From an uncultured Flavobacteriales bacterium (lineage in GTDB: Bacteria; Bacteroidota; Bacteroidia; Flavobacteriales; TMED113): a DNA stretch of 64,000 nt. Below the pieces are notes generated by a model. It was not told the origin of the DNA. It saw nothing but the letters and a program-made list of their open reading frames with translations, and ran no database searches. Position numbers and translations under genes: made by a program. Shown here one piece after another: positions 55,971 through 64,000 of this stretch. The first letter of the stretch is position 1, and each line of letters begins with the position of its first letter. The stretch covers positions 129,135-193,134 of the forward strand of contig CAYSYA010000002.1 of the NCBI GenBank assembly GCA_964435285.1, in the 5' to 3' direction.

Positions 55971-56735
55971 ATGGTAGATATTTTTAAAGAGGAATTAAAT
56001 GTTTCTCAAGATGAAAAAGTTCCTTCAATAGACAGAGGAGAGTTTATAAAAGTAGTTGAAAGTAGAAGAAGTGTAAGGGTTTATAATGATGAAAAAATTC
56101 CTGAAAAAGATATTCAAAAATGTTTAGATTTAGCATTACTTGCTGCTAACTCATCAAATCTTCAAGCATGGCAATTTTACTGGGTGAAATCAAATGAAAA
56201 AAAGAAAAAATTAGTTAAGTATTGTTTAAATCAACCAGCAGCTAGAACAGCCCAAGAATTAATTGTTTGTGTAGCTAAACCAAGTGCTTGGAAAAAAAAT
56301 AGCAAAAAAATGTTAGAATTACTTAACTCTAAAGGTAATCCCCCTGAGGCTGTTGTAAATTATTATAAAAAAATAGTTCCATTAGCTTATGACCAAGGAT
56401 TTTTAGGAATAAAGGGTTTTTTAAAAAAAATTGCAATTTTCTTTTTAAGTTTTTCAAAACCTATTCCAAGGGAGCCAGTTTCTTTTTCTGATATGAAAGT
56501 TTGGTCACAAAAAACAACCGCATTAGCTTGTCAAAACTTAATGCTTTCATTAAGAGCGTTTGGATATGATTCTTGTCCAATGGAAGGTATTGATTCTGCA
56601 AGAATAAAATCTTTATTAAATCTTCCAAAGTCAGATCAGATTTGTATGGTTATTAGTGCAGGTAAAAGAGCATCAAATGGTGTTTATGGAAAAAGAATTA
56701 GGTTCAACAGAGAAGATTTTATCAAGATAGTTTAA
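55971..56735 (+). CDS. Nitroreductase family protein
   Basis: SRRSVR, LAANSSNLQAW, QNLMLSLRAFGYDSCPMEG. Confidence 0.88.
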   Translation: MVDIFKEELNVSQDEKVPSIDRGEFIKVVESRRSVRVYNDEKIPEKDIQKCLDLALLAANSSNLQAWQFYWVKSNEKKKKLVKYCLNQPAARTAQELIVCVAKPSAWKKNSKKMLELLNSKGNPPEAVVNYYKKIVPLAYDQGFLGIKGFLKKIAIFFLSFSKPIPREPVSFSDMKVWSQKTTALACQNLMLSLRAFGYDSCPMEGIDSARIKSLLNLPKSDQICMVISAGKRASNGVYGKRIRFNREDFIKIV

Positions 56736-56740
56736 ATTTT

Positions 56741-56748
56741 TATCTTTG
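56741..56748 (+). promoter_or_regulatory. -7 promoter element (TATCTTTG)
   Basis: Exact TAnnTTTG match that overlaps the track's TTG start, favouring ATG at 56773. Confidence 0.5.
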
Positions 56749-56772
56749 TTTGAACGAATCTCTTTTGTCTCT

Positions 56773-58944
56773 ATGAAAAAAATTATATTTCTATTAACAT
56801 ATCCTTTTATTTTATTTTCTCAAGTTAACTTTAGTGAAGATATTTCATCAATTATATATAATAATTGTACTGAATGCCATAGGCCGGGACAATCAGGTCC
56901 AATGCCATTTACTAATTATTTAGAGGTAGCTGCTTTTGGAAACATGATTAATTATGTAACTGCTATTGATTACATGCCTCCTTGGCATGCTGATACAGAA
57001 TATTCTTCTTTTCTTGGAGAAAGAGGTTTAACAGATGATGAAAAAAATTTAATTAACGAATGGGTTACTAACGGAATGCCTCAAGGTGATCCTTTACTTG
57101 AAGCACAGATTCCAAATTTCCCAGAGGGTTCTGCAATTGGTACACCTGATGCTGTTTTCACAATGGAGGAAGAATATTTGATTGAAGGAAATAATCAAGA
57201 TGATTATAGAGTTTTTGTTTTTGAAACAAATTTTCCTGAAGATAAATATTTAAAATCTATTGAGATTATTCCTGGTAATTATGCTGCTGTTCATCATGTT
57301 TTAATCAATATTGATGATGGTGCATGCGCGGCAATTGATGCTACTACTCCTGAATATGGTTATGAGTGTGAAAGTGGTTTTTGTACAGGTGAAATTCCTC
57401 AGATATCAGCTGGATATACTCCGGGAATGGTTCCCCCAGTTTGGAATAATGATGTTGGGATGTTACTTCCTGCAGGTGCAGATATATCTATTCAAATGCA
57501 TTATGCCCCAAGTCCTATAGACCAATATGATCAATCTACAGTTAATTTATTTTTTAAAGAACAACCTGTTTTAAGAGAAATACAAGTAGAAACAATTGTT
57601 GATACTCAATTATTTATTCCAGCCAATGAATTATATGAACACTATGTTTCTTTTGAAATAGAGGAAGATATTAGTTTAATTAGTATTCTACCTCACATGC
57701 ATTTAATTGGTAAGTCATGGCTTGTTTATGCAGAAAATAATGGAGATACAATTCCAATTATAAGTATTCCAGAATGGGATTTTAACTGGCAAAGTTTTTA
57801 TCAACCTGAATATATGTTAAAATTACCTCAGGGATACACTCTTCATGCTTATGCTACTTATGATAATACTGCTAATAATCCACTAAACCCTAATTCACCA
57901 CCTCAAAATATGTATTGGTGCGATTATACAACTTGTGAAATGTTTTTTCTTCCATTTGCCTATGTTGAGTATCAAGAAGGAGATGAAAATATATACCTAG
58001 GAAACAGCGAAGATTTAGGATGTACTGATTTAAATGCTTGCAATTATAATCCAAATGCAATAATTGATGATGGTAGTTGTGGAATATCAGATGATTGTGG
58101 AGAATGTTTTGTTCCATGTTGTTATAATTTTGAAACTGAAACATGTGATCAAACAGTAAGTCAACAAGACTGTGAATATTTTTGGGCTGATTATAGTATA
58201 ATTTCTGATCCAGAACAAAATATATTTTGGAATTTGAGTTGTAATTCAGGTTGTACAGATCCTTTAGCTTGTAACTATGATTCAACAATTTTACCTGGTG
58301 GTTTTGACGATGGTTCATGTGTTTTTGTTGATGGTATATGCGATACATGTGAAAATGGTGTTGTAATTGATAATGATGCTGATAATGATGGAATCTGCAA
58401 TGGTGATGAATTAGAAGGCTGTACAGACCCTCTAGCTTGTAATTACAATGAATTTGTAACAAATGATGATGGAAGTTGTGAATATGCTCCAGAGTTTTAT
58501 GACTGTGAAGGTAACTGTTTACAAGACTTGGATGAAGATGGAATTTGTGATGAATGTAATAGTTTTGAAAATATGGTTGTTGATTGTGAATGTGAATTTT
58601 TAGATCCGGCTACCTACACTGTATTTTTTACAAATGTCATTGAAAGTGATTGTATTTTAATTGAAGATTGTTATTGTGAATGTATTAGTGATTTAGATGA
58701 AGATGATATTTGTGATGAAAATGACAATTGCCCTGATGAGTATAATCCAAATCAAGAAGATTCAAACGATGATGGAATAGGTGATGCGTGTGACCAAACT
58801 AGTTTGAATGAAAATATCAGTAATAGAAAATTAATTAAAGTTGTTGATATTCTTGGAAGAGAAGTTAGGGAATTAAATAAATATACTCTTTTATTTTATG
58901 TTTATGATAACGGAGAAATTATTCCAAATTACATCATCAAATAA
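56773..58944 (+). CDS. Secreted CxxCH + copper type II (PHM/DBH-like) monooxygenase with Cys-rich repeats and short CTD-like tail
   Basis: Start moved to ATG 56773 (MKKIIFLL signal peptide); CTECH; VHHVL, QMHY, PHMH, CEM copper ligands; three GCTD repeats; TSP3-like DxDxDG motifs. Confidence 0.85.
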   Translation: MKKIIFLLTYPFILFSQVNFSEDISSIIYNNCTECHRPGQSGPMPFTNYLEVAAFGNMINYVTAIDYMPPWHADTEYSSFLGERGLTDDEKNLINEWVTNGMPQGDPLLEAQIPNFPEGSAIGTPDAVFTMEEEYLIEGNNQDDYRVFVFETNFPEDKYLKSIEIIPGNYAAVHHVLINIDDGACAAIDATTPEYGYECESGFCTGEIPQISAGYTPGMVPPVWNNDVGMLLPAGADISIQMHYAPSPIDQYDQSTVNLFFKEQPVLREIQVETIVDTQLFIPANELYEHYVSFEIEEDISLISILPHMHLIGKSWLVYAENNGDTIPIISIPEWDFNWQSFYQPEYMLKLPQGYTLHAYATYDNTANNPLNPNSPPQNMYWCDYTTCEMFFLPFAYVEYQEGDENIYLGNSEDLGCTDLNACNYNPNAIIDDGSCGISDDCGECFVPCCYNFETETCDQTVSQQDCEYFWADYSIISDPEQNIFWNLSCNSGCTDPLACNYDSTILPGGFDDGSCVFVDGICDTCENGVVIDNDADNDGICNGDELEGCTDPLACNYNEFVTNDDGSCEYAPEFYDCEGNCLQDLDEDGICDECNSFENMVVDCECEFLDPATYTVFFTNVIESDCILIEDCYCECISDLDEDDICDENDNCPDEYNPNQEDSNDDGIGDACDQTSLNENISNRKLIKVVDILGREVRELNKYTLLFYVYDNGEIIPNYIIK

Positions 58945-59001
58945 AGTTGATTTAAAAATAATTTTCTAAAGAAAAAGAGCAAATACTGTTACAATTTTAG
59001 T

Positions 59002-59862
59002 ATGAAGAATATATCATTAGTTATTTCTTGTGGTGGTGCTAAGGGATTAGTTGGTGTTGGTGTAATTGAAGAATTAGAACGTAGAGGTTTTAATATTAAG
59101 TCTGTTGCTGGAACTTCAATTGGCTCTGTAATACTTGGTATTTATGCTTCTGGAAACTTACAAGAATATAAAAAGTGGATGTTGAAACAGGGTAGAATTG
59201 ATATTTTGCGAATGATGGATTTTACTATAGATAAGAGAGGAATTATAAAAGGTAAAAAGGTTTTTGATGAGATGAGACCCTTTTTTAAAGATTCTTTAAT
59301 AGAGAACTTACCGATTCCTTATTGTGCTGTTGCTGCTGATATTAATACATTTGAAGAAGTTGTTTTTAAAAAAGGAAGTTTACATAAAGCAATTAGATCT
59401 TCTATTTCTGTTCCATCTCTAATAACTCCAGTGGTAACTGAAGATAAAGTTCTAGTTGATGGTGGATTAGTAAATCCACTTCCACTTTCAAGAGTTCAAA
59501 GAACTAAAGATGATATTTTAGTAGCAGTAAATTTAAATTATTACGATTCTAATTATGAAAAAGATATACCACAATATTCATTAGATTATCCTATAATAAA
59601 TAAAATGTTAAATTATTTTAGCTCATCTTCAAAAAAGGAAGATGCGGGAAATATGGTAAATTTCTTAAATAAAACTGTTTATGTTATGATGAGTCAATTA
59701 TCAAAAAATTCAATTGATAAATATAAACCTGATATTCTTATAAATATTCCTTATAACATATGTGGTTTTTTTGATTATCATAAAACAAGTGAATTAATTG
59801 AATACGGAGTCAAGAAAACTAGCCAAATTTTGGATGAGAAATTAAGTTTGTATAATAATTAA
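59002..59862 (+). CDS. Patatin-like phospholipase
   Basis: CGGAKG oxyanion loop, GTSIG nucleophile, LVDGG. Confidence 0.9.
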   Translation: MKNISLVISCGGAKGLVGVGVIEELERRGFNIKSVAGTSIGSVILGIYASGNLQEYKKWMLKQGRIDILRMMDFTIDKRGIIKGKKVFDEMRPFFKDSLIENLPIPYCAVAADINTFEEVVFKKGSLHKAIRSSISVPSLITPVVTEDKVLVDGGLVNPLPLSRVQRTKDDILVAVNLNYYDSNYEKDIPQYSLDYPIINKMLNYFSSSSKKEDAGNMVNFLNKTVYVMMSQLSKNSIDKYKPDILINIPYNICGFFDYHKTSELIEYGVKKTSQILDEKLSLYNN

Positions 59863-59907
59863 TATAATTAATTATACAAAGTATACTATTTTCTAATAAA
59901 AAAAAAT

Positions 59908-59915
59908 TAAATTTG
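59908..59915 (+). promoter_or_regulatory. -7 promoter element (TAAATTTG) for the RND operon
   Basis: Exact TAnnTTTG match 20 nt before TTG 59936. Confidence 0.5.
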
Positions 59916-59935
59916 TCGACCAAAAAACCTGTAAA

Positions 59936-61027
59936 TTGAAAAAAAATATAATTTTCTTATTCACTCTATTCTTATTAATTTCTTGTGTTAGTAATGAAAA
60001 AACCGTTGAATCAAATTCAGATAATTCATCTTCAGAAATTAAGGAAGATATCGTTTTATGCTCCTTTTATATTCCTAAAAATATATCTCCAAAAGTTGAA
60101 ATATCAGGAACAATAAGTTCAAAAAACAAGGTAGACCTATTAAGTGAGGTTAGTGGTAAACTTAAAACAAAAAAAAATAAATTTAAAGTTGGAAATGAGT
60201 TTAAAAAAGGACAAACTCTTATAAGAGTTGAGTCATCTGATTTGAAATTAGAAATTAAATCTGTTAAAAGTGAGTTTTTATCATTGCTCATTCAATGTTT
60301 ACCTGATCTTAAATTGGACTATCCAGCTTCATTTAATAAATGGGAATCTTATGTTGAGGGTTTTAATATAAATAGAAGATTAAGAAGTCTACCTGATTCA
60401 GAAAACAATCAAATAAGGAATTATCTTTCAGGCAGAGGTATTTATAGTCTTTTTTACAGAATAATGTCTTTAGAAAATAAATTAGATAAGTTTTCAATAA
60501 AAGCTCCATTTGATTGTGTGGTTACTCAATCTTTCTTATCAACTGGTTCAAATATTGTTATGGGACAAAAAATTGGTCAAATAATAGACAAAAAGAATTA
60601 TGAAATTACAACTTCTTTAGGTATTTCGGAGTCAGAACTCTTTAAAATTGGTGATCATGCAACTTTAAATTCTGAGGACATTGATAAAACTTTTAGTGCA
60701 AAAATAAAGAGAAAAGGAAATCACATCAACACCTTAACTCAAAGTATTGATATTTTTTTTGATATTTCAGATAAAGATTTAAAAGATGGAATGTTTGTAA
60801 AAGGTTATGTTACTGGAAAATTACTAAAAAATGTTTATAAAATTCCAAGAAATAAACTTGTTAAAGACAAGAATGTATTCATCAAAAAAAATAACATTTT
60901 AGCAGAAAAGGAAATTAAGGTAATTTATTTTGATAATGACTCAGTTATTATTTCTGGTCTTGACAATCAAGACTGTGTTATAGATAATTACAGAAATTAC
61001 TTCTACGATGGTATGGAAATAAATTAA
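59936..61027 (+). CDS. RND efflux periplasmic adaptor (MFP), lipoprotein
   Basis: TTG start; lipobox LISC; EVSG..., IKAPFD lipoyl motifs; directly upstream of the RND permease. Confidence 0.85.
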   Translation: MKKNIIFLFTLFLLISCVSNEKTVESNSDNSSSEIKEDIVLCSFYIPKNISPKVEISGTISSKNKVDLLSEVSGKLKTKKNKFKVGNEFKKGQTLIRVESSDLKLEIKSVKSEFLSLLIQCLPDLKLDYPASFNKWESYVEGFNINRRLRSLPDSENNQIRNYLSGRGIYSLFYRIMSLENKLDKFSIKAPFDCVVTQSFLSTGSNIVMGQKIGQIIDKKNYEITTSLGISESELFKIGDHATLNSEDIDKTFSAKIKRKGNHINTLTQSIDIFFDISDKDLKDGMFVKGYVTGKLLKNVYKIPRNKLVKDKNVFIKKNNILAEKEIKVIYFDNDSVIISGLDNQDCVIDNYRNYFYDGMEIN

Positions 61028-61032
61028 TATTT

Positions 61033-64000
61033 ATGAAAGCTCTTATATCGTACTTTATTAAATATCCCATCACTGCAAATCTTTTAATGTTTCTAATTTT
61101 TGTTTTTGGAGTTGTTGGTTTAAATAGTCTTCGCTCTACATTCTTTCCTGAAATGGAGAGTAGGACTATTCTTGTTCAAGCTATTTCTGCTGGTCTTTCT
61201 CCGTTAGAAATTGAAGAGTCTATAACAAAAAAAATAGAATATAAATTAGAGGCTGTTTCTGGCGTAAAAAATATTACATCATCCTCTCTTGAAAACACAT
61301 CTTCAATTTATGTTGAAATGGATCGAGGTTCAGATATGTATGTTGCATTACAAAACGTAAACAATGCGGTAGATCAAATTAGTTTTAATACGGATATAGA
61401 TGAAATGTTTATCAGAAAAATAGAATTTATTATGCCAACAATAAGTTTTTCTGTTTCATCAAATAAGGATTTAGACTATTTAAAAAATAAAATTGATATA
61501 ATAGAAGATGATTTAAAATCTGTTGATGGTATTTCAGAAGTATCGATCACTGGTTTACCTGAAAAAGAAATTGAAATTTCTGTAAGTGAAAAGAAGCTTT
61601 TAGCTTATAATCTGTCTTTAGATGAAATAAATTCTGCGGTTTTACAAAATAATATAAATCTTTCTGGTGGTAAAATTGAAGTTAATCAGAACCAATACCT
61701 TTTACGATCAAATAATAAACAAAATTCAAGTTTAAAATTAAGGGACATTATTATTAGGGTTGATGAAAATGGAAGCCCACTTTATCTAAAAGATATAGCT
61801 GATATTAAAGATACTTGGTCTAAATCATCAATTGAACGCTACAGAAAAAATAAAAGATCAATTAATGTCACAATTAGCAACACTGAAACTCAAGATATTT
61901 TATTTATAGCCAATTATGTTAAAGATTATGTTTCAAAATTTAATGAAAACAATAACGATACTGACGCTAAAATTTTATTTGATGCTTCAACTCCTTTAAA
62001 GCAAAGAATTGATTTATTAACAAAAAACGGGGTAATTGGATTTCTTCTGGTTTTACTCTTTTTAACGATGTTTCTTCATCCAAGAGTGTCTTTTTGGGTT
62101 GCCTTAAGTATACCTATTTCATTTTTGGGTATGTTCTTTTTGGCCCCATCTGCTCCAATTACTATTAATATGATGACAATGTATGCTATGATTTTAGTTA
62201 TAGGAATACTAGTTGATGATGGAATTATTATCGGAGAAAATATTATTAGAAAGTTTGAAAGCGGTTTAAACAGGTATGATGCAGCTGTTGAAGGAACTAT
62301 GGAAGTTTTTCCTGCTGTTTTTGCTGGAGTTTCAACAACTGCAGTTGCTTTTTTATCTTTTTTCTTTTTTGAGGGAATGATGGGTGAATTTGGATGGCAA
62401 ATGGGTTTTGTTGTAATTGTTACTTTAATTTTTTCATTAATCGAAGGAGCTTTTATTTTACCAGCTCATATTGCTTACTCTAAAGCACTTGATAAAAAAA
62501 CTAAAAAAAATAAAATTTCTTTATTTTTTAATAGTATAATAAACACTTTCAGAGATAAATATTACAAACCTTTACTGTCTCTTTTTCTAAAGCGTATTTA
62601 CCTTGGCTATTTATTTTTTATAGGTTTATTTATAGTTTTTGTTTTCTTAAGTGGAGTTAAGTTTACTTTTTTTCCATCTGTTGAACTTGATGATTTGTAT
62701 GTTGAATTTAAAATTAAACCTGGTTCAACTATTGAAAAAACAAAAATATATGGTGATAAATTATTGAATATTGTAAATAAAGTCAACAATGAACTAGAAG
62801 ATTCTTTAAACTCAGCAGTTATTCGCTCCAAGGAATTAAAATTAGGACCAAAATCTCATACAGGTCAGATTCAACTATTTTTAGAAGCTCCAGAAAAAAG
62901 AGGGATAAAAGCTTATGATATTGTTGAGAAATTGCGTTCTAATTTGAATGGTTTTGATGGTTTAGAAAACCTAATTATTGGTGTTGGAGATCCTTTTGGA
63001 AAACCCCTCTCTTTTGCTTTACTGAGTAATAATAGTGATGATTTAGAAAAAGCTAGTTTATTATTCTCTAAAAAATTAAAGGAAATAGAAGGAGTAGCTG
63101 CTGCATCAACCAATTATGAGTTTGGCCCTGATGAAATAAATTTTACGTTAAACGAAAAAGCAAAAAGCTTAGGTTTAACCAATTATCAAATTTTATATCA
63201 AGTTAGACAAGGTTTTTTTGGAACTCAAGTACAAGATTTACAAAAAAATAAGGACGAGCTTAAATTATGGATAAGGTTTGATGAAGATGAAAAAAATTCC
63301 TTTTCTTCTCTTGAAAATATGAAAATAAAAACTGAAAAAGGAATTTTTCCATTGAGTGAATTAGTAAAATTTCAAATAGATAATAAAATTGTAAGTATAA
63401 ATAGAAAAAATGGGAGTAAAATTATCGAAATTGAAGGTGAATTAGCAAGTAATACTTCATATAGTTCAGACATAATTTCAGAAGTTGAAAGTAAAATGTT
63501 TCCTGAAATTCAAAAAAAGTACCCGTCTGTTAGAATGGAACTTTCTGGTTCTTCTGATGAAGGTACTGTCACTGCAAACTCAATGAAAAAAATTATGCCT
63601 GTTTTTGCCTTATTAATATTGTGCATAGTTTTAGTTACTTTTAGATCTAAAGCTCAAACTTTTCTTGTTTTTTTGTTAATGCCTTTTACCTTAGTTGGGG
63701 TATATTTTGGTCATTTATTACACGGAATGCCAATAAGTGTTTTATCTGGATTTGGAGTTGTGGCGTTAATAGGAGTCTTAGTAAATGATGCTCTTGTATT
63801 TATTACATCATTTAACTTAAGGTTAAAAAAAGGAGAATCATTTTTGTCAGCCTTAGAAATAACTTCAATTAATAGATTTAGACCAATTATATTAACAACA
63901 ATAACCACTGTTTTTGGTCTCCTTCCATTGATTTTTGAAAAAAGTATGCAAGCACAATTTTTAATACCAATGGCTATATCACTAAGTTATGGTATAATTA
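61033..64000 (+). CDS. RND efflux permease, AcrB/AcrD/AcrF family (runs off window end; not in ORF track)
   Basis: Manual translation MKALISYFIKYPITANLLM...STFFPE; later GILVDDGIIIGENI, GVLVNDALVFI, RFRPIILTTITTVFGLLPL. Confidence 0.93.
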   Translation, partial: MKALISYFIKYPITANLLMFLIFVFGVVGLNSLRSTFFPEMESRTILVQAISAGLSPLEIEESITKKIEYKLEAVSGVKNITSSSLENTSSIYVEMDRGSDMYVALQNVNNAVDQISFNTDIDEMFIRKIEFIMPTISFSVSSNKDLDYLKNKIDIIEDDLKSVDGISEVSITGLPEKEIEISVSEKKLLAYNLSLDEINSAVLQNNINLSGGKIEVNQNQYLLRSNNKQNSSLKLRDIIIRVDENGSPLYLKDIADIKDTWSKSSIERYRKNKRSINVTISNTETQDILFIANYVKDYVSKFNENNNDTDAKILFDASTPLKQRIDLLTKNGVIGFLLVLLFLTMFLHPRVSFWVALSIPISFLGMFFLAPSAPITINMMTMYAMILVIGILVDDGIIIGENIIRKFESGLNRYDAAVEGTMEVFPAVFAGVSTTAVAFLSFFFFEGMMGEFGWQMGFVVIVTLIFSLIEGAFILPAHIAYSKALDKKTKKNKISLFFNSIINTFRDKYYKPLLSLFLKRIYLGYLFFIGLFIVFVFLSGVKFTFFPSVELDDLYVEFKIKPGSTIEKTKIYGDKLLNIVNKVNNELEDSLNSAVIRSKELKLGPKSHTGQIQLFLEAPEKRGIKAYDIVEKLRSNLNGFDGLENLIIGVGDPFGKPLSFALLSNNSDDLEKASLLFSKKLKEIEGVAAASTNYEFGPDEINFTLNEKAKSLGLTNYQILYQVRQGFFGTQVQDLQKNKDELKLWIRFDEDEKNSFSSLENMKIKTEKGIFPLSELVKFQIDNKIVSINRKNGSKIIEIEGELASNTSYSSDIISEVESKMFPEIQKKYPSVRMELSGSSDEGTVTANSMKKIMPVFALLILCIVLVTFRSKAQTFLVFLLMPFTLVGVYFGHLLHGMPISVLSGFGVVALIGVLVNDALVFITSFNLRLKKGESFLSALEITSINRFRPIILTTITTVFGLLPLIFEKSMQAQFLIPMAISLSYGII

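Noticed and set aside
56746-56772. Track start (TTG) for the monooxygenase gene
   Set aside because: Overlaps a TAnnTTTG promoter element; ATG 56773 gives a clean MKKIIFLL signal peptide.
57890-58462. 190-aa His/Tyr/Leu-rich minus-strand ORF
   Set aside because: Antisense shadow of the Asp/Cys-rich repeat region (GAT/TGT codons read as His/Ile/Thr etc.); no start context or motif.
3524-63908. About 30 short ORFs in the track that overlap long genes (antisense or alternate frame), e.g. 3524-3787, 30224-30571, 31631-32044, 38700-38969, 46440-46625
   Set aside because: They lie within well-supported genes, have shadow-like composition (S/F/L-rich or mirror repeats) and show no independent motifs.
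62607-63908. Apparent gene-poor region at the right end of the ORF track
   Set aside because: Explained by the + strand RND permease from 61033 that lacks a stop inside the window.
1-64000. rRNA, tRNA, CRISPR array, integrase, transposase or prophage
   Set aside because: All spacers are 255 nt or shorter and AT-rich, with no cloverleaf or repeat-spacer pattern; no ORF shows recombinase, transposase or phage motifs.
1-64000. Alternative genetic code (TGA=Trp/Gly) suggested by very low GC
   Set aside because: Long ORFs are intact under code 11, Trp is TGG, and TGA serves as stop at 4-nt ATGA overlaps (e.g. 8506-8509, 51032-51035).

Overview
Very AT-rich (about one quarter GC by eye), densely coded chromosomal segment, almost entirely protein-coding with short or overlapping gene junctions. 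Gene content points to a streamlined, probably marine, Bacteroidota (Flavobacteriales-like) genome, and the habitat and taxon are inferred. Supporting signs are the bamD-rpoZ-coaBC-porD-recN cluster, clpC/gyrA-TPR, type IX secretion (T9SS) cargo proteins and TAnnTTTG promoters. I support 47 CDS, including two partial genes missing from the ORF track: recR at the left edge and an AcrB-family RND permease at the right edge. I found no rRNA, tRNA, CRISPR array, integrase or transposase. The accessory content is mostly secreted, Cys/Asp-rich mosaic proteins with eukaryote-like catalytic modules. These are a lysyl-oxidase domain with intact Cu and LTQ residues, a PHM/DBH-type two-copper monooxygenase fused to a CxxCH motif, a Kazal + ShKT-like protein and two CotH kinases. 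The best candidate for an undescribed system is a translationally coupled pair (40373-43788): a signal-peptide protein with an atypical PTP-fold domain, two OmpA-like domains and LysM, followed by a signal-peptide CotH kinase. Together they suggest an extracytoplasmic kinase/phosphatase-like module at the cell wall. Other leads are a recurrent short mini-CTD secretion tail, a 64-aa basic microprotein with its own terminator, a lysine epsilon-amine gene cluster and an alkB-Mpo1 lipid catabolism run. All family calls come from motif recognition by eye, and no database searches were run.
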